A stretch of DNA of 64,000 nt. It comes from Candidatus Gottesmanbacteria bacterium. Its GTDB lineage: Bacteria > Patescibacteriota > Microgenomatia > UBA10105 > UBA927. Numbering within the stretch: the stretch's first letter is position 1; each line of letters begins with the position of its first letter. The notes beneath the pieces are model-generated. The model was not told where the DNA came from. It did no database searches and saw nothing but the letters and a program-made list of their open reading frames with translations. Shown one piece after another: positions 17,018-27,600 of the stretch. Location: the NCBI GenBank assembly GCA_963809665.1, contig CAWEKC010000005.1, forward strand, positions 104,392-168,391, in the 5' to 3' direction. The translations under genes and the position numbers were made by a program.

Positions 17018-19246
17018 TTATGACCCCGCCTTAACAGGGGTTGACGGGCACGGCTTTGTACATCCCGCAGTTGTCACACATCCGCTAATCGCCTCCGGCG
17101 AAAGCGCGGAATCTCCCGTGGGCACGAAATCCAGAACATTGCCCCCCGACAGTACGCCAAAGTGCAGATGGGCACCACTGGAGTTGCCTGTCTGATCCAT
17201 CCACCCAAGCTGTGCGTTTGCGTTAACGTGTTGCCCCGCCTGAACACCCAGCGTGCTCTCCAGGTGCGCAAAAATGAGTGTATACCCATCGTCCGTTTTT
17301 AGAATAACATGATTGCCGTAGCCTGCATATGAGGGGCTTCCGCCGCACGTGTCTCCCAGGTGCCCGGAATTGGTTACGCAGCCGGCGTAAGCCTCAACAA
17401 CGGTTCCCGCCCTCGGCGTATAGACGGGGCCGCCGGAAAAACTGGCAATATCAATGCCGTTTGCCGCAGATCCCGACGAATGAGACGTGCTTACGGAACA
17501 AAATACTGCGGTATTAGGGCCTTGGGTTATATAGCCGCTGGTGGGCCAGCGGCAATCACCCGTACAGGCAATAAAACTACACAAGGGATCGTCAGGCGTC
17601 AGTTGGCAATTAACAGTCGGACCGCCCGTCATGCCGCCCCCCGCGTTGGTTGCAATAGACGTGTCAACCATGGATTGGTTGAACGAGGGCGTGTTTATCA
17701 AGGGAAACAGCGGGAGAAAAAAAACAGCTACAATTCCCACCATAGCAACAAGAATCAAATTGTCTTCAGGGTTTTTGCTGTTGCCCATGAACAGCAAGCT
17801 TTTGAGGATGGCGGCGCCCTTCCGGAGCAGCCCCTTGGCAAAATCCGATGCGATCATTGCAAGCGTGGCGATTCCACCCGTACTTGCTCCCGCCACAGCC
17901 TCAGCGCCCACCTTCATTGCTGTGCTGACAGCTGCTTTTGTCGCAGCCTCTTTAACACCCGCCTTAATCGCTTTCTTCATGACATAATTGGTGCCCATAC
18001 GGAGAAGCTGCTGGCCATAACCAAGCGCGATATTGCCGTAGTGGGAAACGCTGACCACCGTGTAACTCAATGGGGTGGTGATCCGGTAGGTTTCCATGTA
18101 TGTAATGACGTTTACGATCGGCGGTCCGCGGAAAACCGTTGTGGCGACATCGGATACAATTGCCGTAAATCTGGATGTAATTTTTAGTGCAGCACCCTGA
18201 TCACCCATCATGCGGTTTGCATCGGTCCTGAGCCTGGTAAACCACGCAGAGTTGACAAAATTTGTTCCCCACCTGTCCGTCATTGTCGCCAAAACATTCG
18301 GAGGGAGGGTTTCGGGATGATTGACGATAGTGTCCAGCGGTTTCAGCAGTATTTTATTAATGATGGTCCCTTTTTCTGCCGTCGGTACGACAGCGTCAAG
18401 TATTCCCGCGGCACCTTTTTGAAAATTATTTGTTGCAAGCGCGGAGAATGATGGCGCCCCCGGAAATGTGCCGATGGATGCGGAGAGAACCTTTGCGGCA
18501 TCCGTGACTTCGGCCGCGCGGGGCACAAACACTTTTACGTCACGGTCGGGTTGCTCAGAAGCAAACGACGTGAGCGCATGGAAAAAGAGCTCTTTTTCTT
18601 CCGGTGGTCCAGGGCGCTGGATCGCGGCGACGGCGATTTCCCTGATCCGTTCCGGCGTCACAGGTGTGCCCTGTGCCTCCTGCGCTTGCAAGGTCGACTT
18701 CTTACTACCAATAAAAATATCCAAGCTTTCAGCTTGATCCCCACTGTCCCACACATCACCCCAACCCGGTACCGACTCGAGGGGCGCGCCCTGAATTTCC
18801 TGCGGCGCTGGAGCTTGTGGAGAAGTTTGCTCAGGGTACGCACCAGAACCTCCCGCAATTGTTTCAGAAATAGTTACGTTTGATTTTTTTGCGTTTTCTA
18901 CTAACGCCCTGACGAATTTTTTTGACGCGGTAGCCGCATTGACACGCTGCGCTTTTGCGTCGGCAAATTCCCTATCAAACTCCTCAACCAGCTCATTCAA
19001 TTTTGCTTCTTCAATGTTGTTGGGAAGAAGTGCTGCCGCCTGAGCGCCCTGCTCACCCGCAGCCCCCGTTGTTTCAAAATAGCGTAAGAACGCCTCGGTT
19101 GGCCGTTTGGGAAACGGCCACGACGTGAACGGATTTGCCCCCGGGTATTTATTGAAAAACCCCTCGAGCGTTTCCGGATCTTCCTGGAGGTTTAGCAAAA
19201 TCCCGAGCGCCCTCTGTGTTTCCTGTGATGACGCAAATTCATCCAT
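17018..19246 (-). CDS. large protein with a C-terminal M23 (LytM-type) metallopeptidase domain and internal TM segments; putative cell-wall-remodelling component of a T4SS-like apparatus
   Basis: C-terminus ...GNHVILKTDDGYTLIFAHLESTLGVQAGQHVNANAQLGWMDQTGNSSGAHLHFGV carries the HxxxD / HxH M23 signature; it lies immediately downstream of virB4. Confidence 0.7.
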   Translation of the reverse strand: MDEFASSQETQRALGILLNLQEDPETLEGFFNKYPGANPFTSWPFPKRPTEAFLRYFETTGAAGEQGAQAAALLPNNIEEAKLNELVEEFDREFADAKAQRVNAATASKKFVRALVENAKKSNVTISETIAGGSGAYPEQTSPQAPAPQEIQGAPLESVPGWGDVWDSGDQAESLDIFIGSKKSTLQAQEAQGTPVTPERIREIAVAAIQRPGPPEEKELFFHALTSFASEQPDRDVKVFVPRAAEVTDAAKVLSASIGTFPGAPSFSALATNNFQKGAAGILDAVVPTAEKGTIINKILLKPLDTIVNHPETLPPNVLATMTDRWGTNFVNSAWFTRLRTDANRMMGDQGAALKITSRFTAIVSDVATTVFRGPPIVNVITYMETYRITTPLSYTVVSVSHYGNIALGYGQQLLRMGTNYVMKKAIKAGVKEAATKAAVSTAMKVGAEAVAGASTGGIATLAMIASDFAKGLLRKGAAILKSLLFMGNSKNPEDNLILVAMVGIVAVFFLPLFPLINTPSFNQSMVDTSIATNAGGGMTGGPTVNCQLTPDDPLCSFIACTGDCRWPTSGYITQGPNTAVFCSVSTSHSSGSAANGIDIASFSGGPVYTPRAGTVVEAYAGCVTNSGHLGDTCGGSPSYAGYGNHVILKTDDGYTLIFAHLESTLGVQAGQHVNANAQLGWMDQTGNSSGAHLHFGVLSGGNVLDFVPTGDSALSPEAISGCVTTAGCTKPCPSTPVKAGS

Positions 19247-19250
19247 AGCG

Positions 19251-21299
19251 TTACACCTTTTCTACGGTAAATGTCGGCCGGGCGCTCTTATCCTCTTCGG
19301 TTATCATCATTGCCTGCCCGCCATCGCTACGCTCCCCGGCCGCCTCGCCTGGTTTGGCTGGCGGGCTGGCAGGCGTTAGCGGGCGGGGTTTTTGTACGCT
19401 TGCTTTGTTCTCTGCCAATTCCTGCGGTTTGGTGGTGGCAAGCGCGTGCTCTTCGGGGCTTGATATGACGCGGATGGCCGCGTGAGCCGGACCGGCAAAA
19501 AACAAGCCCTCGCCGATGTCGGCAGAGAGAAGCAGGTGTTGTTCTCCCTCGGACAAATAAAACACCTGCGCCACCTTATCAATGGCGGCGGACGATTGTT
19601 TGAGAAGTATCTGGACACTGCTGTTCTGGATGATGGATTTGCCCAGGTCAACGGACAAAAAGTCCTCGACGTCCTGGGTAATGGTCGTGAGCCCCAGATA
19701 ATATTTACGCGCACGTTTGGCGATGGAATTCAAAAATTGCCCCGAGTCCGGATATTTCATCATATACCACGCCTCGTCAACGATAAGGATCCGGCGCTTA
19801 ATGTCCCTGCGGATTTTCGTCCAGATATAATCAAGGATGAGGTACATGGCGATAGGCCGCAGCTCGTCTTCCAGATCCCGTATCGAAAATACCGTCAGTT
19901 GGTTACGTATTTCTACGTTGGTCTGCCGGTCAAAGATGCCGACCAGACTTCCTTTAACAAATTTTTCTATACGGTCCGCAAGGCCCCGGGCCGCAGGATC
20001 TTCCATGCCGATAAGAGCTTTATATAAATCTTCCATAAGCGGCGGCTCTTTCGTTTGTGTGGCGGGGTCAGGGGTAATTCCTTTTTGTTTATAGGTAAGG
20101 ATGAGCGCGCGGTCCAGAATGGCGTCTTCCGTGGGGGTGAGTTTTCCCATAACCACGCGGAAAAACCCGTGCAGGGATAATATTTTCTGGTTCAGCTCGC
20201 TTTCTTCCTCTTCTCCCTTGGTTTGGGTGAAGAGCGAGAGGTCAAACGGGTTAATTTTTGTCGTTGATCCGAAATGAAACCGGATGTATTCGCCCCCGAG
20301 CGCGTGGGAGAGCGATTCATATTCGGATTCCGGATCTATGACAATCACTTCCGTGTCAAACATAAGGCTCCGCATGATTTCCAGTTTCACCATGTAGCTT
20401 TTCCCGCTCCCGGACTTCCCGAACACGACGGTATTGGCGTTTTCCATCGTAAACCGGTCAAAGATAACCAGGCTATCATTGTGTTCATTAATACCATAGA
20501 GAATTCCTTCGTTGGCGGTGAGCTCCGATGTGGTAAAGGGGAATGTGGTCGCGAGCGACGTGGTGTCCATATTGCGTGTGATAACGAGTTGGTCCCGCCC
20601 CATGGGAAGCGTGGCTTTAAACCCTTCTTCCATCTGCAGAATTGCGCGTTTGGTAATAATAAGAAGCGACGAAAGCGTTGCCTCCACCTGTTTTGTGGTC
20701 TTGTTGAGGTCTTCAAGATTTTTTGCGGGTATCGTGATATACAGGGCAAACTGGAAAAAGCGCTGGGCGCCCTTGGCCAGTTCCTGCTGGAGGGCAACCG
20801 CGTCCTCGAGGGCGACCTGGACCGAGGGCTCCACAACCCTCCCGCGCTTCATGTCTGACTGAATGGTTGCCTCCATTTCCCCGACCCTGCGCTTGAGGTT
20901 TTCCAGAACCTCCTCGCTTTTCGTAGGGTACACATACATGGCAATGTCCAGCGTGTGGTTGAACGATATAAGCGGCTCCAGCCAGTTTGCGGACACAAAC
21001 CGCGGGTACCCGGCGACAAACAGTGTACGGAAATACCTGTCGCCGATTTTTATCGTATCAAAATCCACTTCAATCGCCGGCGGGGCAATGAGATCTTTCA
21101 CGGTTAACGGCCCGCCTCGCGTCGACGGTGCGTCTTCGCGAGTCGAGGCGGGCACGGGATTGACGAATTTTTTGACTGCTGATTGAACGCTCGATACATC
21201 CATATGGTTACGTTCCCACCGCCTTCTCAATATTGGTGGGGTTGACAATCGGCGCGCCCTGGTTATAAATTTCATAGAACAGGCGCACAAGCTGCTCAT
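19251..21299 (-). CDS. virB4: VirB4/TrbE/CagE-family type IV secretion ATPase
   Basis: Walker A VVFGKSGSGKSYMV, DPESEY, Walker B RRILIVDEAWYMM and ARKYYLGLTTITQ; 682 aa with a Pro-rich C-terminal tail. Confidence 0.85.
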   Translation of the reverse strand: MSSLCACSMKFITRARRLSTPPILRRRWERNHMDVSSVQSAVKKFVNPVPASTREDAPSTRGGPLTVKDLIAPPAIEVDFDTIKIGDRYFRTLFVAGYPRFVSANWLEPLISFNHTLDIAMYVYPTKSEEVLENLKRRVGEMEATIQSDMKRGRVVEPSVQVALEDAVALQQELAKGAQRFFQFALYITIPAKNLEDLNKTTKQVEATLSSLLIITKRAILQMEEGFKATLPMGRDQLVITRNMDTTSLATTFPFTTSELTANEGILYGINEHNDSLVIFDRFTMENANTVVFGKSGSGKSYMVKLEIMRSLMFDTEVIVIDPESEYESLSHALGGEYIRFHFGSTTKINPFDLSLFTQTKGEEEESELNQKILSLHGFFRVVMGKLTPTEDAILDRALILTYKQKGITPDPATQTKEPPLMEDLYKALIGMEDPAARGLADRIEKFVKGSLVGIFDRQTNVEIRNQLTVFSIRDLEDELRPIAMYLILDYIWTKIRRDIKRRILIVDEAWYMMKYPDSGQFLNSIAKRARKYYLGLTTITQDVEDFLSVDLGKSIIQNSSVQILLKQSSAAIDKVAQVFYLSEGEQHLLLSADIGEGLFFAGPAHAAIRVISSPEEHALATTKPQELAENKASVQKPRPLTPASPPAKPGEAAGERSDGGQAMMITEEDKSARPTFTVEKV

Positions 21300-21906
21300 T
21301 GGTTAATTGTTTCGCCGCCAGGCCGATGCGGTTCAGAAGCCGGATGATCTGATCTCCTTTCGGCGCCAGGACGATAAGCGCCCGTTCAAAAATATAGGGT
21401 CTCGGGTACGGGAGGCCCCGTTTTTTTGACCCGCCCAAAAGTACGTTAGCGCTCACGCCCAGCTCCAGATATGAGAAGGGTACGACGATGTAAAATTTCT
21501 TATCCAGAACATCTTTTTCCTTAACGGTTGCTGCGACAAACAGGCGGTATCCGTGCATCGCTGCGGCAAGCTTCGGATTTTTCTGTATTTTTTCGCGGTC
21601 TTCCAGCGTCTGCAGATATGCCGTCACGTCTTTGTGTTGGGTGCGGATAAGAATTTCAATCGGAAACGACAGGGAGTTGAGGAGCCCCGCATACGCATAA
21701 ATAATGGCATCCTGTTCTTTTTCGGACAACAATCCGAAATTGACGGCGGTCGCCGATACGACCATGGAACACGAGCCGTCTGTATACATAACAATCCCGT
21801 GGTCGATAGTTTCTATTTCTGTGAATAGTTGTGTGGATGAGCGGATGGGCACGATTGAATCCGGCATACGATTACTGTGTTGTTGTCCCGAACAATTCTT
21901 TCTCAA
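21208..21906 (-). CDS. hypothetical protein in the T4SS-like cluster; its 5' end overlaps virB4 by ~90 nt
   Basis: 232-aa ORF with no recognised motif; the true start may be an internal Met. Confidence 0.4.
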   Translation of the reverse strand: MRKNCSGQQHSNRMPDSIVPIRSSTQLFTEIETIDHGIVMYTDGSCSMVVSATAVNFGLLSEKEQDAIIYAYAGLLNSLSFPIEILIRTQHKDVTAYLQTLEDREKIQKNPKLAAAMHGYRLFVAATVKEKDVLDKKFYIVVPFSYLELGVSANVLLGGSKKRGLPYPRPYIFERALIVLAPKGDQIIRLLNRIGLAAKQLTNEQLVRLFYEIYNQGAPIVNPTNIEKAVGT

Positions 21907-23122
21907 GTTTTGCTCGTGTTATTTCTTTTTCTGTTTTTGCAAAAATTTCAAGCGCGGGTACGATCGATCCGTTGAGCGTGATTTGCGCCCGATCAAAGGT
22001 AAAGCGCAGGCGCGGATCCTCTACTTCTACAAAATACGTGCCATTGGGAAGCTGGGTGGATGCCGCAAATTGCCCGAGACGGTTTGTTTTGAGGGCCCGC
22101 AGCGGCATACCCTCTTTGTCTTTCACCGTCACGAGGACACCGGGTAATAAATTTTTATCTTTATCCTTGACGATCCCCGTGACGATATTGGGGAACGTGG
22201 TAAGCCGCGGAAGACCCACTTTTGCCGCCCGTCCGGGACCAATGACTTGGATGGTGGGCATAGCGGGTGTGGAAGGCGTTTGCGTCGTAGTCGTCGTTGT
22301 GGGCTCAATTTTCGGGGCGCTGCTTTGCGCTCGCAGATGTGCCATTTCCGTCATCATTTTTTCCTGTTCGGCCAAGAGTTCGGTCAATTGCGTCTGCAGT
22401 TCCGCTACACGAGATTCCGCAGCGTTTTTACTTTCCAACTCCGCCGTGAGCTTTTTAAGTTTTTCTTCAAGGACCGATTCTTTGAGCTGGGTATCCGCAA
22501 GCTCCCGTGCGACGCTTGGGGCGGGTCTCACAATCGGGGGAGGCGAAAAATCCATCTGACGCGCCCGTATAGCCGCCTGCATGGCAACAGGAGGTGCCTT
22601 TTTGGGTTTGGGCGTCCAAAAGTCGGAAAGAATGTCAAACAGGCTTCGCTTGGGGGCAGCAACCGTAATGACCTCCTGGGACGTGGGAGGCGGTACGCTG
22701 AAGGAGGGAGCAGGAATAAAAATATTTTGCAGAATATCTCCGCGGCGCGTCTGGGGCTCGGCAGCCCGCGGCGGGACAACCACCGCCCTACCGGCCGGCA
22801 GGTTTGATTGAGGTTGTGGTTGAGCCGGAGGTGAAACCTGTTTTTTCCATACATACTGCGTCGGGTTATAAATACTCCTGATAAACGAAAGAACCCACAC
22901 GTCCATAGGACGCTCTTCAACCGGTACAAATGCCAGCCCGAATCCCAGAATCGCAGAAAATACTGCCAGCGGCACGGTAAAAATAAATGGCAGCGGTAGT
23001 TTGTATATGATGTAGGCGACGACTGCCCCGCCCACAAGATACCCGAATTGTTTCAAAGTCATATCGCCGATCAGGCGGAATTGAAACGTGGTGACATTTT
23101 GCGGTATCGGATGCTGTTCCAT
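21872..23122 (-). CDS. membrane protein with a VirB3/PrgI-like N-terminal TM hairpin, a central coiled coil, a Thr-rich linker and a C-terminal carboxypeptidase-regulatory-like beta-sandwich domain
   Basis: MTLKQFGYLVGGAVVAYIIYKLPLPFIFTVPLAVFSAILGFGLAFVPVEERPMDVWVLSFIRSIY forms the TM hairpin; coiled coil LKESVLEEKLKKLTAELESKNAAESRVAELQTQL; C-terminus GVLVTVKDKEGMPL...GQFAAS...NGTYFVEV. Confidence 0.45.
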   Translation of the reverse strand: MEQHPIPQNVTTFQFRLIGDMTLKQFGYLVGGAVVAYIIYKLPLPFIFTVPLAVFSAILGFGLAFVPVEERPMDVWVLSFIRSIYNPTQYVWKKQVSPPAQPQPQSNLPAGRAVVVPPRAAEPQTRRGDILQNIFIPAPSFSVPPPTSQEVITVAAPKRSLFDILSDFWTPKPKKAPPVAMQAAIRARQMDFSPPPIVRPAPSVARELADTQLKESVLEEKLKKLTAELESKNAAESRVAELQTQLTELLAEQEKMMTEMAHLRAQSSAPKIEPTTTTTTQTPSTPAMPTIQVIGPGRAAKVGLPRLTTFPNIVTGIVKDKDKNLLPGVLVTVKDKEGMPLRALKTNRLGQFAASTQLPNGTYFVEVEDPRLRFTFDRAQITLNGSIVPALEIFAKTEKEITRAKLEKELFGTTTQ

Positions 23123-23227
23123 AGATTGAATGCAAACATTCCCCGATTGACGTCGAGGGGATCATTTTTATTTTACGGGTGTTTTTTTTACTGCGCAATA
23201 GCACAAAGCGCATCAGGACCGTGAAAA

Positions 23228-23256
23228 CTTAAAAATTTTCCGTGAAAATTTTTAAG
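23228..23256. promoter_or_regulatory. perfect 13-bp inverted repeat in the divergent intergenic region between the T4SS-like cluster and nadD
   Basis: cttaaaaattttc-cgt-gaaaatttttaag; the motif CGTGAAAA occurs twice. Confidence 0.4.
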
Positions 23257-23300
23257 CCCGAGCTTGCCGAGGGATCTACCACCTATGGTACAATTGTCTC

Positions 23301-23870
23301 ATGAAAATCGGAATTCTCGGTGGCTCATTTGACCCTCCGCATTTCGGACACCTCTTGTTGGCCCGCCAGACGAGGGAAATTATGGGACTCGACGAAATCT
23401 GGCTTATGCCGTATTTTGCCCACAGCTGGGACCCGACCTTATCGCCGGCGGAAGAACGATTAGCCATGGCCCGGCTCATTGAAGAGCCGGGAATCGTCGT
23501 GTCGGAGGAAGAGACGAGTCAGAAAGCGACAAACTATACGATCGACACTATCCGCAGGTTGAAAACCAAGCACACACATGAATTTTTTTGGATTGTCGGC
23601 AGCGATATATTAGGAGAGTTTCCGCGGTGGAGGGACCACGAAGCGCTTTCCAAGGAAATACCGTTCTTTGTGTTTCCAAGGAACGGGTATCCCACGTCCA
23701 CGGCTCTCCCGCCCGGATTCCAGCTTATCGATTCTCCGGACATTATTACGTCAAATATTTCTTCCACTGTGGTGCGAAAGCGCCTGCAACAGTCACATTC
23801 GGTCGTCGGGCTCATTCCTGCCGATGTGCTTGCCTACATCCATGAGCACAAATTATATGACATCCGTTGA
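23301..23870 (+). CDS. nadD: nicotinate-nucleotide adenylyltransferase
   Basis: MKIGILGGSFDPPHFGHLLLA (the (H/T)xGH motif) and ISSTVVRKRL. Confidence 0.9.
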   Translation: MKIGILGGSFDPPHFGHLLLARQTREIMGLDEIWLMPYFAHSWDPTLSPAEERLAMARLIEEPGIVVSEEETSQKATNYTIDTIRRLKTKHTHEFFWIVGSDILGEFPRWRDHEALSKEIPFFVFPRNGYPTSTALPPGFQLIDSPDIITSNISSTVVRKRLQQSHSVVGLIPADVLAYIHEHKLYDIR

Positions 23871-24624
23871 TCCGAAAACGGTTTCAGGGCGCCTCTCCGA
23901 TTTTTTACATCACTCTTTTGCCGCGGCCGGTTTTTCCGATGCGGTCATCGGGCTGTCCGGAGGGGTGGATTCGGCCGTCAGTTGTATATTAGCCGTGCGT
24001 GCGATCGGGGTTGATCATGTGTACCCGGTCTTACTTCCGTACGGATCTTTAAGCACGCAATCAACACTCGACGCGATGAGTATCATTGAAATGGTAAAAA
24101 TATCCCCGTCTCATGTTGTACGGATTGATATACAGCCGGTTCTTAATTCTATTACTGCAAAAGAGTTCGGCATGGACAATATCCGGAAGGGAAATCTTAT
24201 GGCACGCGCACGTATGATGGTTCTGTATGATCATGCAAAAAAACGCCGTGCGCTGGTCGTGGGTACGGAGAATAAGAGTGAGTACCTATTAGGCTACTTT
24301 ACCCGCTTCGGGGACGAGGCAAGCGATATCGAACCCCTGCGCGGTCTGTATAAAACGCAGGTCTATGATCTTGCAAAATACTTGGGAGTGCCGGATACAA
24401 TTCTTGCCAAAAAACCCACAGCAGGTCTCTGGGAGGGGCAGACGGACGAGGGAGAATTCGGGTTTACCTACAAGGATGCGGACGAGATTTTATCGCTCTC
24501 ATTTGACGGAAAAAAATCAACCGAAGAGATTGTTGCCGCAGGATTTTCCAAGGAAATCGTTGATAAAGTTCTTGCGCATGTGCGCGCCAACGACTTCAAA
24601 CACCATTTGCCGATAGTACCCTAA
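23857..24624 (+). CDS. nadE: NH3-dependent NAD+ synthetase
   Basis: PP-loop VIGLSGGVDSAVS and ...LVVGTENKSEYLLGYFTRFGD; the start is set at MTSVDP (23857), 14 nt inside the nadD 3' end. Confidence 0.85.
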   Translation: MTSVDPKTVSGRLSDFLHHSFAAAGFSDAVIGLSGGVDSAVSCILAVRAIGVDHVYPVLLPYGSLSTQSTLDAMSIIEMVKISPSHVVRIDIQPVLNSITAKEFGMDNIRKGNLMARARMMVLYDHAKKRRALVVGTENKSEYLLGYFTRFGDEASDIEPLRGLYKTQVYDLAKYLGVPDTILAKKPTAGLWEGQTDEGEFGFTYKDADEILSLSFDGKKSTEEIVAAGFSKEIVDKVLAHVRANDFKHHLPIVP

Positions 24625-24668
24625 TCCAACCTCTTGCTTGCGTGACACCTCCGTGACGCGATACAATC

Positions 24669-27600
24669 GTGGTATCTATGGCAGAAGCGGAAACAAAATC
24701 CGAAACGAATGTCAGCAAAGTCATCGCAAATATTTTAAAGGCGGCGCGCGAACAGTCGAAACAGCCGAAACCGGAAGAGGTTGCCAAGATTGTACACCGT
24801 ATATATCCGGAAAAAAAAGCGGCTCCCGACGCGAAACAAGCCCGCACCGACCGCATTATTGAAAATGCCAAACATGTGGTCGTTGAAGCAAAAATCCAAG
24901 GTGTACATGTATCCACGGGGTTACACGAGTGGGTTGGCCGAAACAAGCTTCCCATATTAGACAAAGACCCCTCACAAGCGTTCAGAATTGCCAAAGCGGA
25001 TCTTTCTGTTGCCATAAAAGCGTCCGATTTAGCTGAAGACCACTGGGTTGTACGTGCAGCATCCCGGGTAAAAAACGCAGAATCAGCAGAAGCGCTTGCA
25101 ATTATCGCGCTTGCCCCCGAAGACGTGCGAGAGAATCCCAATTTTATGTTCCAGACTGCGGCGCAACTTGCGGGCTCTAATCTTGATCCCGAAACCCAGG
25201 TAACAACCAAAGCGTTTGTTGCGGAACTGAAAACCCTGCGGGGGGTTGACGGATTTGAGATGAGCGACCGCCAGTTGTCACAGGCACTGACGGAGCAGGG
25301 GCTAGGGGCGATGCCCGCGCCATCACCGGATTTTGACCCCGCACTATTTTCAACTTTACCCAATGAGGCACAGGATGTATTCCGCGCGCTTAATTCACAG
25401 TTATCAGGTGCAGCAACAGAAGTGGAAAAATTTGAAATTCTTGATTCTTTTTCTGACCAAATCCACGCAATTGATACCAAAGGGTTTAATCAATCTCAAC
25501 GTGAGGTTTTGTCTCGGTTGCTAGTTATAAAAAATAGTATAGAAAGAGATTTAAAGTTTAAAATTTCTCCCCGTATATCCGTGGATAAAGATTGGTTTAG
25601 GGATAATGACCTGCCCATTCCGAAGTCAAAGAATTTTACGTTTGAAACACGCCTGAGTAAAGAGGAAATTAAAGCCATGTGTGCCAAGGCGGACGAAGAT
25701 GGCTTTGATGGTTTTGACAGGGCATACGAACTTTTATCAGACCGCATTTTTACCAGTGGAAGCGAGGCACATCAACCGGATATTACGGACTCCTATGAAT
25801 ATAAGGAGATAGAAAATCTTCTCCGGTATGTGCACGGGGAAGAGAGTGCTATTGTGAATGCAACCAGGGAACGATGGGAAAACGATTACAGGAGAAACGT
25901 TGTCGCAACCCGTACTATTACTGGGGGTGCAAATGAAAAAGAACTCGTGGAAAGTTTACCAAGCGCCATCGCCTCGAACACCCTTAATTATGAGGCAAGC
26001 ATTAAATTTGCTCCCGAGGCCGTTGCCGCGGAAGAGCAGACGATCAGAGAACTAGCAGCAGAGCAGGCATTTAAATGTGAGAAAGACACGCGATATCTTA
26101 AGGAACTTATTCCCGATCCCGATCCGCATCATATAGGAGAACATATAAGTCGGGAAGAAGCGTGGCGCCGCAATCCAGCAGATTTTCATGGGAATGAGTA
26201 TATTCGGACAGAAGATGCAATGCGTGCAGCACGCGGGAGCATTGTTCATGACGAATGGTTTGTTCCGAACTCGCCGAAATTCGCCAGACTAATTGCCGTA
26301 ACTAAAGCCATGACGGATGAAATTGAGGATCCCGTCAATCCGATAACTGAAGCAGCTGCTCTAGTAAAATATAATGATAATGCAAACCACGAGTTGGAAA
26401 ACCTCTGGAAACTGGTGACCCTGGAAAAACATCCACCCCCAGGCGGGTTGTACAACCCCAAATACCTTAACGCAATCAAGGGATTTTCTCCGCTTGAGAT
26501 TCGTACACATAAACAACTCGAATCGTTTGTAAAGCTGAAATTTCTTCAGCAGGGGAGAACGTGGAATGAAGAGGTAGACAATATTAAGTTACGGCGTGCA
26601 ATGTTTTCCGCCCGGCGCTATATGGTGGGCAGCAAACGGCTGTTTTCTCTGGTTGGGCATCTTTCCAACATGCCGGGGCTCGAAATAGAGGCGGGAGCTG
26701 CAGACGTGATGCCCGAGACCCTCGAATACGTCATGCGGACCGAAGTACCCGAGCGCTTCGTGTTTGCGCGCTTTGGTATAGGAAAGGAAGTTGGCATCCG
26801 GATCATGTCTGTAGAACAGGAAGAGTTGTGTGCATTGCGGGGTGTGACGCTAGATAAAAACGAAAGACTTGTACCGATATTAAATAATAGTAAGAGTGCA
26901 AAGGAAGAATCAATTCCGAAGCGGCGGTACAGGACAGTACTCCAAAAAGCGAAAGAGAAATTCGGACTCAGATATACAACGCTAGCCACAGGAACACTGT
27001 TGGAATCAACGAGCCCGTTTGACTACAGTACGTGGAGGGCGGAAGAGGGAATCTGGCGGGTGCTGCAGGAAAAATTTGGGGAAAACGCACGACATATGGC
27101 ATATGGCACCCAGTTGAAGCTGCTCGGAACATATGAAGGTAGAATTCCAGAAACTCGAAAAGAAGTCGAAGCAATAAAAAATTATTTTGAGAGAAGAAGG
27201 GTATTAACCGAAATGACCCACAGAACGCCATCGTTTATTTTTCAGCTTATCGGTAAAGATCTGGATACGAGTTTAGAGAATCTGCGTACGACGGGCGCGG
27301 TACACATCGATGTTTCACCAGGAAGCACAGAAGGAAAGAAATTTTTCTCAATTTTAGGTTTGGCAGAGCGCAGGGTAACTACAGAGCGAAGCGCACCTCC
27401 GGGCCATAACTTTTTTGAGCGTGGGATATTTAACTTGGGTACCCCCACCGATTTTAATGAGGTATTTGATGATACGCTTTTTCATGCAGTCGGTATTACG
27501 GCTCGCGAACAAATAGACGCGCTTAAAGTTGATTATCTTAAAATCATCCAGACAGCGCAGCATGTCTTTAATCCGCGACCGGAAGAGGGGTATCTGGAGC

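Noticed and set aside
17360-18187. 275-aa plus-strand ORF (Arg-rich)
   Set aside because: It is antisense to the M23-peptidase gene, and its extreme Arg/Cys composition marks it as a shadow ORF.
21831-22807. 242-aa and 186-aa plus-strand ORFs
   Set aside because: They are antisense to the VirB3-like/coiled-coil gene and read as Arg/Ser-rich shadow frames.
24596-25480. 294-aa minus-strand ORF rich in Ala/Ser
   Set aside because: It lies entirely antisense to the well-formed 1244-aa plus-strand gene. Its low-complexity composition is typical of an antisense frame through GC-rich coding DNA.
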